In this document: piece by piece, positions 51,255 through 64,000 of the stretch | Position numbering within the stretch: position 1 is the stretch's first letter | Layout: every line of letters begins with the position of its first letter | Assembly (NCBI RefSeq): GCF_001194135.2 | Contig: NC_068981.1 | Span: 104,045,131-104,109,130 of the forward strand | DNA: 64,000 bases | Reading direction: 5' to 3' | Origin: Octopus bimaculoides | Taxonomy: Eukaryota | Notes under the pieces: generated by a model | What the model saw: the letters and a program-made list of their open reading frames with translations, nothing else | The model's database searches: none | What the model was told of the DNA's origin: nothing | Program-made: the position numbers and the translations under genes

Positions 51255-51939
51255 TGTGTGTGTGAGAGGGGGGGGCAGGGAGAGAAAAGTTAGTAAGAAG
51301 TGAATATTTCATTCCCTACAGCCATTTTCATTTGCTGAAATCATTTTGAGAAGCATCATGGGAAAGGAATGTTTTTTTTTCCTTTTTCAGTTATTGAGAC
51401 CAGATTAAATTGGTTTTGTTTTCTACTTTCTTTCTATGAGTTTTCAAAAACTTTCTCTTAAGACTTTATTAATTTGTTGATTCCTTCTTCATTCTTATTT
51501 ATTCATAGATGAAAGAATTCAGTTAATCATCTAACTTTGTTTTTATAGACTTTTTATTGATATCGTTTCTTACTCCTATCTTCGTTAACTTTTTTTTTTT
51601 TTTTTTTTCTGTGATTTTTTACTAAGCAGTGGTCCACTAGTTTTGAAGCAGATAAAAACTAGGATACTTTAACAGGTACCATGTGAATTATTAATGCATT
51701 CCAAATGAAAAAAAAAAGCATTTTGAAGTGGAAGAAGTATAGATTAATCATATAAGATTTAGAAAAGTAAGATTAAATTTTAACCACTTGCACTCCTCAA
51801 AAGATATAATGCAGAACCAAGATATGTAGTTTTATCCTCGGACACCATTTTGCTTTCTGTGCAACAGTTTTATCATGTATTGTATTCAATCTAGCACCTC
51901 TCCACACCATTCAACTCATGTACAAAATATATTAATATA

Positions 51940-52250
51940 GATATGGTTCCATGTTCAGTCCTATTGTGCAGCATCTTGGAGAAAATATCTTCTAATATAA
52001 CCTCAGATCAGCCAATGTCTTGTGAGTGGATTTGTTAGACAGAAACTGAAAGAAGCCTCTCTGTGTGTGTGCGTTTGCATTGTGTGTGTGTGTGTGTGTA
52101 AGTGTTTGTCTCCACCACTGATTGACAACTGGTGTTGGTTCATATATGTCCCTGTTACCTAGCAGTTCAGCAAAAGAGACTGAGAGAATAAGTACCATGC
52201 TTAAAAAAAAAATTACTAGGATTAATTTCTTCAACAAAAATTCTTCAAGG
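51940..52250 (+). mobile_element. SINE family A (degenerate)
   Basis: Head, GT array, tail. Confidence 0.75.
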
Positions 52251-53447
52251 AGGTGTCTCTCCTAGAGATTAAAAGATATATTTAGCATTTTTACCTAATA
52301 TATTGGTTTAATACAAAAATGGTGTAAGTGTTACTAAATTATTGGAATTAGTCAATCATAGGTTTTATTTACAAACACATGGAGGGTTTTGAGTTTGGTC
52401 ATATTGTGCAGCACCTTGAGTAAGTGTCGTCTACTACAACCTCAGGTTAACAAATGCTTTGCAAGTGAAGTTGGTAACTTCACAGTTGAAAACTAGGAAA
52501 CCTGTCATGAAGGTTGATATCCCATGCTTGTCGTTGCTTGACAAAAAGTGTTATGATGTTTACATTCCTTTTTGACATTTCAATTTGCTGTTCTGTGCTT
52601 TTGAAGACTTATGAAGTAAAAAGATATCATACTTGAAAAAGAGCTAAGGGTTGGTGATCTGTCCAGAAAATCCTGTCACAAATCCATATCCAACCCATGC
52701 CAGCATGGGAAAATGGAAAGTAAATGATTGAAGGAAATCATAACTTTCTCTTATTTTTTATTAATTTCATGAATAAAAATGTTTGTACATCATTCCAAAA
52801 TGACAGATGTAACTCTGGGCAAATTATCTTAGTTCTGAAAAATGTTCACAGTGTATAATGATCGTCATAAATGTCATCACCATCTGGAAATTATGGAAGC
52901 TCATCAAATTTTATTTCCAGTAATGAATTTGTTTTGAAGTCAATAAGTTCCATTTATATGTTACTAGGCATTTTCCTGATTTTTTTTTTTACTTATTCAC
53001 TAATTTATAAATGTGAGAATACAGTCTTCTTCTTTAGTAACATCATGAAAGCAATTTCGAATGATTCTTTCAATAACCCAATTTCCCCTTGTGCTTTGGA
53101 AAATTACCATTATCCTCAACACATCCATGTTGTTCTTAACACCCTGTTGAAACTTTTCGAAGTCAAAAGCCCAATCCAGTAATGATTCTGTTGCAATACA
53201 GAAATGAATGACAAAAGAAGGGATTAGAGTTTTTTGTTTTTTTTCCTCTTACATTAAAGAAATCCTCACTTCCTTTGAAATGAATGTAAATATGATTCAA
53301 ACAATTCTTGTGATATCATGCCATTCATGGATGCATGTCTGATGCAGTCCTATGCAGTGCTATATCTTATAGGAAAGTGCAGAAACGGTTTCAAATCTTT
53401 TGAGGGAAACACTGTTCTTACACTGCAGTTCAAATTTAGATGACTCT

Positions 53448-53659
53448 CTCTCTTTTACTCTTTTACTTGTTTCAGTCATTTGACTGCGGCCATGCTGGAG
53501 CACCGCCTTTAGTCGAATCAAATCGACCCCAGGACTTATTCTTTGTAAGCCTAGTACTTATTCTATCGGTCTCTTTTTGCCGAACCGCTAAGTTACGGGG
53601 ACGTAAACACACCAGCATCGGTTGTCAAGCGATGGTGGGGGAACAAACACAGACACGCA

Positions 53660-53703
<44 letters not shown>

Positions 53704-53745
53704 TACGACGGGCATCTTTCAGTTTCCGTCTACCAAATCCACTAA
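53448..53745 (-). mobile_element. Young SINE A, 5'-truncated
   Basis: CpG-retaining tail nearly identical to 60478-60740. Confidence 0.9.
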
Positions 53746-54234
53746 TTACATCAATTAAAAATGTTAGTGTTTTTCATCTAGAAACTCATATACAGTTTTT
53801 TTTACATTTTCCAAAATCTTCTCAGTGCCTGTTCTAGAAAGCCAGTGTACTTGTGACAGCAGCTGAAGCCATATACTGGGGAACTGGTGAGTTAGCAAAT
53901 TCAGTAATGAATTCAGCATGTATGTTGATGCTCATGTGTGCTTGGCTCTCAGAACCATCTTAATTATCATACTTCCCCAGGCCATATCAGGAGAGTTCAA
54001 GACAGGCTGTCTGTTGGAACTCCTACATACAGGTGACCTTATTCATATAGCTAAAGTGTATCCCTGATGTGAATGGAATTTAACAGAAGTTAAAATAGCA
54101 AATTCTACTGCCGTCTTTAGAAGTTGGGAAGATGCATGCTTGATATGCAAAAAAGGTGTAAGCAGAAATTCTGTACTCTGTACTCACTGAAAATTATAGG
54201 TGCACAAGAAGTGGTGAGAAAGGATCTTCAGATG

Positions 54235-54600
54235 TTGAGCCTCACAGAAGGGATAATAGGGGACTGAGACTTCTGGCAGTTTGCTGTGCTGAAGAAGACA
54301 CATCTAGCTAAGTAAATACATGGTCATCCTTGTATACAAGCATGTCCCTTGCATCCCTCTTCAGCTGAGCATTCCTAATCTTGCAGGCTTTGGGTGCCAG
54401 TGTCATGTAAAAAGCACCCATGTTGGTGCTGTGTAAAAGCACCCAGTACATTCTATGAAGTGATTGGTGTTAGGAAGGACATCCAGCTATATAGAAACCA
54501 TGCCAAAACAGATATAAGGCCTGGGCAGCTCTCCAGCTAACCAGCTTTGGTTAGACTGTCCAACCCATGCCAGCATAGGAAATAGACATTAAATGATGAC
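54235..54600 (+). mobile_element. RTE LINE 3' end with tail
   Basis: Same sequence as 31705-32058 in the opposite orientation. Confidence 0.75.
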
Positions 54601-54944
54601 ATTGTGTATAGGACTGTTTATGTAGCTGAGGCATATGATTAGTTAGCAGTATGAGCATCAATGAAATGAATTTTATCAAATTCCAGAAAACCTTTAAAAT
54701 TATTTGACAGTGTCTGTTACCTATGTAAACTTATCAGAAATGAAGGTGGGTATTCCGAAAGCATAGTAGTCAGGGTAAGAACAGGATGGAAAAAATTCAG
54801 GAAGTTGTTAACTGTACATGGAACAAGGATGTTATTACCTTTGGTTGAAGAGCAGAATGTACAATGCTTGTCCACAAAGTTTGATATTGCATAGTGGCAA
54901 AATGTGAACTTAGATTATGCACTATTTGCAAAACTGGAAAGGAA

Positions 54945-55305
54945 TTAAGCAAGTATGCCCTGCTGGATGTGCAATGTTAGAATGCATGAACGATGAAGCA
55001 CAAATGGACAAAGAAAAACTGGGTATAAAAGGAAATGACTGAGTGAAGAGAGAAAACCATGCTGTTATGAACATGTGCTGCTCATGAAGGATAACTGATG
55101 AGTAAAGAAGTACAAGGAGATCCATGTGGAAGCAACCTAGAGAAGAGGAGGATTTTGGAAAATGTGAGGAAAGCTAATCTCTTGATTTTGATCTTCACAA
55201 ATGAGTTGATAAAAGAGTCAACAAGTGGCAAAGCATCATTCTGGAGTAATTCCATCCAAACCATGAAAGCATGGCAACAATTGAAAGATGATGGTGATGA
55301 TGACT
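54945..55305 (+). pseudogene. Highly decayed RTE LINE 3' fragment
   Basis: gctggatgtgcaatgttag (WMCNV), catgtgctgctcatg, catgaaagcatgg..gatgatggtgatga. Confidence 0.6.
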
Positions 55306-55479
55306 TTAAAGATGTTTAGTATTTAGTTACAGCCCTGAATGTTCAGATTTACATCAGATTAAGACCAACTTCACCTTTTAACCTTCCAGTTGAAAACTGG
55401 GGTTGAAATAACTGTTTTCCCTCTGCTTAAGTTTCTGGCCTTGTGTCTATGTTAGAAATTATTATTATAATTATTAGTA

Positions 55480-55702
55480 AGGCCAAAAAACTGACAAAAT
55501 TGTTAGCATCCTGGACAAAATGCTTAGCAGTGTATTTCATTTGTCTTTACATTCAGAGTTCAAATGCAGCTGAGGTCGATGTTGACTTTCACCTCTTTCA
55601 GGGTCAATAAAATAAGTATCACATGAGCACTGGGGTCAACGTAATTGACTTGTCTCTTGCCCTAAAAAATTTCAGGCCTTGTGCCTATAGTAGAAAGGGT
55701 TA

Positions 55703-55760
<58 letters not shown>

Positions 55761-55996
55761 GGCAGTGAGCTGGCAGAATCGTTAGCACACCAGGGGAAAT
55801 GCTTAGTGGTGTTTCATCTGCTTCTACATTCTAAGTTCAAATTCTGCTGAGATCAACTTTGCCTTTCATCCTTTTGGGGGTCAATAATTTAAATAAGTAC
55901 CAGTGAAACACCGGCGTCAAAGTAATTGACTAGTTCCCTCCCCACAAAATTCAGGCCTTGTGCCTATTGTATAAAGGATTATTATTATTGTTGTTG

Positions 55997-56034
<38 letters not shown>

Positions 56035-56240
56035 GTTGTTATTATTGTTGTTGTTGTTTTTATTAAGAGGCAGTGGACAAAATGCTTGGCAGCATTTCAT
56101 CTGTGTTTATATTGTGAGTTCAAATTCTGCCAAGATTGACTTTGCTTTTCATCATTTCAATGGATGGGTTCAATGTAATCGACTTATGTCCTACCCTGAA
56201 ATGGCTGGCTTTGTGCCAAAATTGAAAGCCATTATTATTA
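55480..56240 (+). mobile_element. Three tandem SINE B copies (55480-55700, 55761-55978, 56068-56230) linked by (ATT)n
   Basis: Each copy has head, body and a long ATT/GTT tail. Confidence 0.88.
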
Positions 56241-56982
56241 TTTGAACTCAGAGCATGAAGATAGGCAAAATGTTATGAAGCATTTCACCCAGTGTGGTAA
56301 CAATTCAGCCAGCTTACCTCCTCAGAATTCAATAATATTAAGATGATGACATCATTGTCAAGATCACGTTTTCTTTACACTGGCCTCCATCTTCATCATT
56401 GTGGTGGTGTTACTGGTGTTGCTGGTTTCAAAATAAATTTGATGTAATGTATTTTCATGACAACTCTATTACAGTTCTACAGTTGTTATTTTTTCTTCCT
56501 GTTGTTATTTAGCCACAGGTTATTAGCACTCATTGAGCAGACCTGTGATCCATAGCATTCCAACTGTAACCATCTGATCATTTGTTTCATCTCTAGTGTA
56601 ATAGCCAGTGTGTCTTTTCCTTTTTGCTTAAGATGTCTGGGTGTGACTTAAAGGGAGCTAAGTTGTTATTTCTAGCAGGGGAGTACTCCCCTCAGCTCAT
56701 TTTTGCTGCTAATATTGCATAGATTATTGTTGGAAGGCTTGCTGTTCGACCATACAGTCTATCTATATGACCAATACTCCCTCCTTCTCCATCTCCCCCT
56801 CCCACCCAAATATCCCTCTTTACTACTTTCTCTGAAAGATATAAAAAATTTTTTTTCCTTTTTTTTTTTGAATATTTTTTTTCCTCGTCTTCTTTTCTCT
56901 CACTTCCACCACCACCACCATCACCACAACCATTGCATTCCTGTCATCTCATCCAGAGAACACTATTCTATTCTATTCTCAG

Positions 56983-57171
56983 CAGAAGCAATCAAAGACA
57001 CTGCCACAGAGACAATGTCTGCACGCTGCACATTCTCGAATTCGTGGATGGAATTGTTAATAGCCATAAATCTTGCTGTTACTGACATCTGCAAGTCGGT
57101 GTTGCCGACAAGTTATCGGCTTTCAGCTTCAACTCAGTCCATGTTATTAGCATCAGTACAGTTTGCATTGA
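56983..57171 (+). CDS. Candidate 189-nt phase 1-1 exon (-EAIKDTATETMSARCTFSNSWMELLIAINLAVTDICKSVLPTSYRLSASTQSMLLASVQFAL-)
   Basis: attctattctcAG(CAG) acceptor, GTAAAG donor, length divisible by 3, non-repetitive and CpG-retaining; frame and strand not proven. Confidence 0.28.
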
Positions 57172-57450
57172 GTAAAGCAGGCATTTGGTGGCAGCAGCAT
57201 TTTGGTGGGTGGTGAAGTAGCGGGTGGATGGATGTAGTAGTATGAGGAAGGGTTGTGAGGGGGAGCAGGGGTAGCATTGGTGTTGGTGGTGGGGGAGAAT
57301 GCTATTCATTTTGCTATATCACTGTATGAATGTATGAATATCTTGGAGATTTACCATTCTCTTCATTGCTTCCACTTGGCTTATTATTGTTTGTATATTG
57401 TCAAGTTATTTTTACATGGATTTTTGGCATTTGAAAATACATATATATCA

Positions 57451-57521
<71 letters not shown>

Positions 57522-58127
57522 AACAATAGTTTGAGGGTTTTTTTGGAGGGGGGTTAATTAATTTATTTATTTAAATTATTTTTTTAAGCGATATCTTGGG
57601 TATTGAGATATGGTTATGAGATTATCTATTGCACAATAGATTGTACGGTTCATTTATTGAGAAATTTCTTTCATTCGCTAACTTTTTGTTTGATAGCTTA
57701 ATCTTCTTTATGCTTTATTTCGAGAGGGAGCAGCAAATGGTGATGATGAAAAGTTATGCATTGGGTAATCTATGAGAACAGCCAACCATGTGTGAAATAT
57801 CTGTATTTATAACACTCTTTTTCTGTCATTACACACATATGTGCATATATACATATAAACACACACACGTTTATACATACATATACAAGCACACACACAC
57901 ACACACGTATGCATGCATTACTTCATTATCTTAGAAACTTGCTATCTTACACTTAATGGACAGCAGTGGGGGGTTGGGTTGAGGTAGGGATTGGTGGTGG
58001 AGGACGTGTTGAAAATTCCTATCAACTATTGTTTAACAATTAGAAAAATTCCAACAGCATTGAACCTAGTATTGCAGAACAAGAGAATTACATTTTGTGC
58101 AATCAATGTTTTTAACCCACTGTCACT

Positions 58128-58202
58128 GCCACCACCACCACTATTATTACTACTACCATCATCATCATCATGATTATTGTGATTATCATTATGATTATTT
58201 TT

Positions 58203-58235
<33 letters not shown>

Positions 58236-58295
58236 ATAATAATAGTAGTAGTAGTAGTAGTAGTAGCAGTAGTATCAGGATCAACAACAACAATT
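58128..58295. repeat. Chain of trinucleotide microsatellites (CAC, TAT, TAC, CAT, GAT, TAG, AAT, AAC)
   Basis: Direct reading. Confidence 0.9.
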
Positions 58296-59042
58296 GCAGC
58301 AGTATCTGAATTGAAGTAAATCAAATAAATTATCGAAGTTACTTCCATTAATTCCATGCTAAGTTATTATTCCTAACATATATAAACTGGCCCGGTCACC
58401 TAGCAACAGAACCTTTATTGTACCTTTAAACAAATATATCTCCTGCGCTGAGCCAACAAAGGAGTCTGTAGAAATTACAGCTAAATCTCCATCAAATCAT
58501 AAGGCAGCAAGGTTGTGATTACTTTTCATCCTTGGTCTCTTTGGCCAGACTTGACCTAGGGTTAAACAACAAAAGCTACACTTTTTTTTTTTTAAATCTT
58601 AGAATTATATTACCAAATATTTCACCCTTTAGCAAAGGCTAGAAATAGCTGGGTTTGGACTGAGAAATTTTAATCAAATTCAATATACATAACTTAGGTT
58701 AGTGTTTTGATCAGGAAGCTTCTGAGTAGTCACTCAACTGTCTAGAAATAGCAGCTAAATTTCTCACATATTATATATTTCATATCTTCAATAAAGAAGT
58801 GGCATATTGGATAGTGTAATTCTACATATAGGCACAGGCATGGCTGTGTGGTTAGAAGCTTGCTTCCCAACCACATGGTTCCAGGTTCAGTCGCACTTCA
58901 TGGCACCTTGGGCAAGTGCCTTCTACTAAAGCCTTGGGTTAATCAAAGCTTTGTGGGTAGATTTGGTTGGCAGAAACTGAAAGAAATTCATCATGTGTGT
59001 GTGTGTATATAACTAACAGATTAGTTATATACATTATTTACA

Positions 59043-59120
59043 TTTTAACGGATATTTGTCCTCACCTAGTTTGTTGTTAACACAACGTTTCGGCTGATGT
59101 ACCCTCCAGCCTTCATCAGG
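59043..59120 (-). mobile_element. Fragment of the hammerhead-bearing tail of the 22648-23145 family, with intact core
   Basis: CTGATGA-a-GGCTG gagggtacat CAGCC-GAAAC-GTT-gtgtt; truncated just 5' of the core, so stem I is incomplete. Confidence 0.7.
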
Positions 59121-59141
59121 AGTGATTAGTTATATGACTAT

Positions 59142-59470
59142 GAAGGTGCATGGCTCCAGTGATTAGAGCGTCAAGCTTACAATCGTAAGGTTGTGAGTTC
59201 GAATCCCAGACCGGGCTGCGTATTGTGTTCTTGAGCAAGACACTTTATTTCACATTGCTCCAGTTCACTCAGCTGTAGAAATGAGTTGCGACGTCACATG
59301 TGCCAAGCTGTATCGGCCTTTGTCTTTCTCTTGGATAACATTGGTGGCATGGAGAGGGGAGGCTGGTATGCATGTGCGACTGCTGGTCTTCCATAAACAA
59401 CTTTGCCTGGGAGGGTAAATTCCTAGGTGCAATCTCATGGTCAGTCATGATCGAAGGGGGTCTCCGCATT
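59142..59470 (+). mobile_element. tRNA-derived SINE family F with 13-bp target-site duplication
   Basis: gttatatgactat at 59129-59141 and 59471-59483; B-box gagttcgaatccc; CORE-like ttcttgagcaagacacttt. Confidence 0.9.
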
Positions 59471-59554
59471 GTTATATGACTATATGTATGAAGTATTGAA
59501 CTCCAAGTTTGTTTGACCTGAAGAGGAGTAATATTCATGATTATCATTTTAACA

Positions 59555-59965
59555 TCCATTTTTCCATACATGCATGGGTTGGACGGAGTTTATTGAGGCA
59601 AATTTTCTACAGCAAGATGCTCTTCTAATCACCAATCCTTACCTGTTTCCAGGCAAGATAATATTTTCCCATATTTTTTACAGAATATTGTTGTTGAATG
59701 GCTCTACTTGTGTAATGGTGACAATTACTTACAACTATCAGCTGATGTCAAGACAAGGAAGCACAAATGTACATGCACACAGACATATGCGTGCACACAC
59801 ACACAATGTTCTTCTTTCAGTTTCCATCTATCAAATCCACTCATAAGGCTTTGGTTGGCCTGATGCTATAGAAGAGACCAGCCCAAAGTGCCACACAGTA
59901 GAACTGAGCCCAAATCCTTGTGGTTAGGAAACAAACGTTTTACCATGCAACTATCCTAGTGCCTA
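59555..59965 (-). mobile_element. SINE with family-A head, CA core and tail E
   Basis: Tail E 59555-59760, CA-rich spacer, head 59805-59965. Confidence 0.72.
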
Positions 59966-60119
59966 CTAAATATACTGAACTGTGCTTCAGTTTACTTTAG
60001 CTGAAGATCACCAAGCCTTTTAAATGACCATCCAGTCCTGTATGAGATCAGGGCCTTGTCTGTTTAATGAGCAATTGTTTTGGTTTGTGGAATTATTAAC
60101 TTTTAAACGTATATACTTC

Positions 60120-60458
60120 ATCATCATCATCATAATTCTTTAGTGTGTTTTCCATGCTGGCATTGGTTGGACAGTGTGACCAGAGTTGGCAAGCCAGAGA
60201 GCTGCACCAGGTTCCAATCCTCTTCATCAGGGAGAGTGGTATTAACACATCTGCTTTGGAGGATAGATCTTCTTGAGTACAGCAATGTGTCAGATATCTC
60301 AATCCTTTGTCATCTCTCTCATAAGGTTTAGTGTCCTGAGATCGCCCTTCAATACTTCATCGCATGTCTTCCTGGTCACATGACCAAACCAGCGCAGTCT
60401 TCTGTCTTGCACACTGCATCCAATTCCTTTTATGTCTAACTTTTGTCACAACACACTA
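60120..60458 (-). pseudogene. RTE LINE 3' end with internal deletion
   Basis: QKLDIKGIGCSVQDRRLRWFGHVTR fused to KTCDEVLKGDLRT, then the tail and (gat)n. Confidence 0.8.
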
Positions 60459-60477
60459 GCACTCTGTCACATATCTC

Positions 60478-60870
60478 TTTCACTCATTTCAGTCACCTGA
60501 CTGCGACCATGCTGGAGCACCGACTTTAGTCGAGCAAATCGACCCCAGGACTTATTCTTTGGAAGCCTAGTACTAATTCTATCGGTCTCTTTTTGCCGAA
60601 CCGCTAAGTTACGGGGACGTAAACACACCAGCATCAGTTGTCAAGCGATGTTGGGGGGACAAACACAGACACACAAACACACACATATATATACATATAC
60701 ATATATACGACGGGCTTCTTTCAGTTTCCGTCTACCAAATCCACTCACAAAGCTTTGGTTGGCCCGAAGCTGTAGTAAAAGACACTTGCCCAAGGTGCCA
60801 CGCAGTGGGACTGAACCCGGAACCATGTGGTTGGTAAGCAAGCTACTTACCACACAGCCACTCCTGTGCC
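60478..60870 (-). mobile_element. SINE family A, youngest-looking full copy
   Basis: Many CpGs retained; complete head, core and tail. Confidence 0.93.
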
Positions 60871-61321
60871 TATGTACACTTATGCTTTGGAATTTGATTT
60901 CTTCAAGTCCAACTTGGAAAAAATTCTCCTACTATCACTGGTTTGCTAGGAAATATTTAAGGTAACAATATGAAGTGTCCACAGAATTAGTTACTAACAT
61001 GCCAATTGTCTGCTCAAATAGAGCTGGCCAACAAATAGTCAATAAACACATTACCAACTTTCCCTTCAAATAATCTTAAATATCAAAAAGAATTGTAGTA
61101 ATATATAACAAAGTTGGTTATAAAAGTTAACTAAAAAATATCTATTCTCTTGCTAACTTCAGTGCAATAATTACCATATTTTTATACAAGGTATGCATGG
61201 TATGTGGTTTTACATCTATTTTCATACTAAGGAAAGCAGAGTTATGTTCAAGATTTAAATCAATGAAAATGTTGTGACTTGTTCAGAACCTTGTGCTAAT
61301 TATATAATTATATTATTTGTT

Positions 61322-61365
<44 letters not shown>

Positions 61366-61466
61366 TACATATATATATGTATGTGCGCACACATGTACAT
61401 ATGTAAATATGTGTGGCTGTCTGTGTATTGGCCCGTCCCCCCCACACACGCACACATGCGCACATA

Positions 61467-61682
61467 CAAGGGGGTGTTGAAAAGTTTCTGGCTTTAAGGT
61501 TATCACAAAAGACCTGGTTTTTGGTCCAAACTTCTGAGTTCTTTTACAAGGCTTAGAAAAACTGAAGAACCACTGCAATATGTGTGTGAATCTGAGAAGT
61601 GGGTACATTTAATAAAATCATACTTAAATGATTCTCTTGTATTTTCTTTTACCCAAAGCCAGGAACTTTTCAGCACTCCCTT
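61467..61682 (+). mobile_element. Mariner non-autonomous element retaining the transposase C-terminus
   Basis: TA|caagggggtgttgaaaagtttctggcttt ... aaagccaggaacttttcagcactccctt|TA; interior QGLEKLKNHCNMCVNLRSGYI*. Confidence 0.85.
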
Positions 61683-63060
61683 TAAGCCTCATAGATCTTA
61701 TGTTTGTATAGGCTTTCACAATGGCTCATGAAAACCATATTGTTATATTGGGTCATACTGCTTACTATTTAAGACAAAACATTTGCTATAAAATAAATAC
61801 ACTTCATCATACACTCTGACACACACGCACAAAGTAGAGTATGAAATAAAAATAAAGTGTGTGGAAACAACTTCCAGAACATTGCCAACTACCATTAGTC
61901 TAGTGCCACTAGCCAAAAAACATTAGCAACACAACACATGTACCTCATCAAGCAGCAAATAATGTAGAGTAAGAGACTAAAATCTTGACATAACAAGTTG
62001 ACAACCCAGTTTAATTTCCTGGTTTCTATTGTTTCATGTAGTTTAGAAATGTTCATACATTTCAGGAAAGACCTGAGCACCACAACTATTATTTATTCCC
62101 TCTACACCTTAAGTCGGTTGGACTAATGTTTAAGGAAAATTCATGAGTGCCACAACTCAGATTTCTGCATCTGAAGTTGAAGTTAACAGCACTAAACAAC
62201 ACTAGCTGATGTATAATTCTGATTACGAACATTCTGTCTGTCACTCTAGCATGAGATTAAAAGTTATTGATTGCATGATTAATTGACCTTATCAAGAATT
62301 AATAATGACTTTTTATTATTATTATTTTTGTGTTAGTGGCCACAATCTCTGTAATTTTTAGTAGAATCAAATGGGAACTTATGCCACCTTCCCCATATGT
62401 GTTAATTGTGAAAGTGAAGTGAAATTGTTCCAAGTGGGAATGCTGTTGTCTCACTGCAATGCTCTCTACAAATACGTTAAGCTAGTTAAGGTACTCCTTG
62501 TTGCTCGGTTACCAAATATGTGTAAACAGTTTTCTTTGTTTATTTGGGGTTTTTTTTTGCTATACTACATGGTTTAACTTTCAGTAAGTTTTTTATGCAT
62601 TTCATTTTGTATGCAATTATATTTGTATACACACTCACATACACATTTATTTATTTATTTATTTATTTATTTCAAACACTATAAAAATTAACAGTGAAAG
62701 TCATAGAGCATAATACCTGAATACTTAAAAACATAAACAAATTTAAATGTGAAACAAAGAATAAATTATTTCCTACATTCCATTGTATTTGAAATTGCAA
62801 ATGAACCTTTTTCAAAACGTGATTTTTAAATGAGAAAATTTAACAACTACAGTGTTCCAATGTTGAAGGTATATGTAAAATCCTTTGTGTTTTTTTGTGA
62901 GAGAGAAAACAGAAAGGGAGAAAAAGAAGTAAATACTATTTGATGTCATCGAATAACTTTTTCTGTATCTCACGCTGTCACTCTTCTCCTACCACTCCAT
63001 TACAACTATCAATCAGTCTTTCAATATCTCTTTTCTTGAATCCTCCCTATTATACCCCAG

Positions 63061-63126
63061 GAGGGGACTTCAGACTGGGATGGGAGAGGGATTCTACATG
63101 CATTATTTTGAGCTGATTTTGGAGAT
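63061..63126 (+). CDS. Candidate 66-nt phase 2-2 exon (-RGLQTGMGEGFYMHYFELILE-)
   Basis: Strong pyrimidine tract ending ccccAG, GTATGA donor, one open frame. Confidence 0.18.
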
Positions 63127-63414
63127 GTATGAAAATTTTGGAAAAATTCATGTTGAGAAATTCTTCTAGATAAATATACTTTGTACATTGTTGATTTTTA
63201 AATGTAGATACTGAAGTCTTTTGATAAATCTGTTCCCTACTGGTAAAGGAAACAGTCAATCAAATCAACCAGCATGAAGTAGAAATGCAAAGTATTTTAT
63301 TGATCTTCAGTGAAAGAAGGTCAAAGTTAGCTTTGATCAGATTTTAGCACAAAAATTGAATTTAATCTGTTGCTAAAATCATGTACACTGTAAACCACTT
63401 CCCTATCCTTCACA

Positions 63415-63415
<1 letters not shown>

Positions 63416-63506
<91 letters not shown>
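63416..63506. repeat. (CT)n microsatellite
   Basis: Direct reading. Confidence 0.97.
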
Positions 63507-63509
<3 letters not shown>

Positions 63510-63648
63510 GTCTATAAGAGAGAAAGTGGATGAAGCTGTGCAAGGTCTTTTGCTTTTTTACTTAACATCATTTTACTTAAATATCATATAAACGGAACTT
63601 TTCACAACAAATATTCTGTTACAGGAGTCACTAGCTCATACTCTAGAT

Positions 63649-63873
63649 CAGTAGTTCTCAGCCATTTTTTACCTGTGGGCTCCTTTCATTCCTATTTTAC
63701 TCATCTGGACCCTTATATCTATTTGAAGTCTAAAAAATTCCAATTTTATTTTTAAAATTAAATATTATTAGGAATTGTATTAAAAGTATAACCAATTTAT
63801 TGCACATAAATTTTAACAGCAAAATCTTATATGAACCCCTAAGAGTCATATAGACCCTGGTTGAGAACCACTG
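63649..63873. mobile_element. hAT (Charlie-like) MITE
   Basis: TIRs cagtagttctca / tgagaaccactg; 8-bp flanks ctctagat / atttagat (6 of 8 match, NTCTAGAN-like target). Confidence 0.85.
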
Positions 63874-64000
63874 ATTTAGATAATATCCACTGTTGTTGTG
63901 TGTACCATTAGGTCTATCCCTTAAATATATTGCTGCTGAAGGGATAATTGTCTATTTCATCTTCATTTTCATTGTCCTGATAATATCCAGTATTGTTGCA

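Noticed and set aside
57040-57100. INLAVTDI as a GPCR TM2 motif
   Set aside because: There is no preceding hydrophobic TM1 or GN motif, and the downstream sequence is not membrane-like.

Overview
AT-rich, microsatellite-saturated eukaryotic DNA from a draft assembly with four N-gaps, each bordered by simple repeats. The repeat content (tRNA/CORE-type SINEs with an internal microsatellite, RTE-tailed elements, long (TA)n/(CA)n/(ATT)n arrays) resembles octopus genomic DNA; that assignment is my inference. I cannot identify an intact protein-coding gene. Almost all ORFs in the supplied track are translations of microsatellites, N-runs or antisense repeat sequence. Recognisable coding remnants are all decayed mobile elements: a full-length Chapaev3-type DNA transposon (18515-21141, TIRs plus TAA target duplication), a deleted DD41D Tc1/mariner, a MULE deletion derivative, RTE, RTE-BovB-like and Tx1/L1 LINE fragments, and a probable Penelope RT remnant. 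MITEs of mariner, piggyBac and hAT type and dozens of SINE copies are also present. The most interesting signal is a set of about 15 minimal hammerhead-ribozyme-like motifs (CUGANGA...GAAA plus a palindromic stem III) from several distinct families. They sit in foldback elements, most of them next to (TA)n tracts, and one element carries a tRNA-like Pol III head. A few short plus-strand segments with plausible splice sites may be exons of a large host gene, at low confidence. Coordinates were read by eye, and SINE/LINE borders are approximate to about 10-20 bp. No motif search, alignment or folding computation was run.
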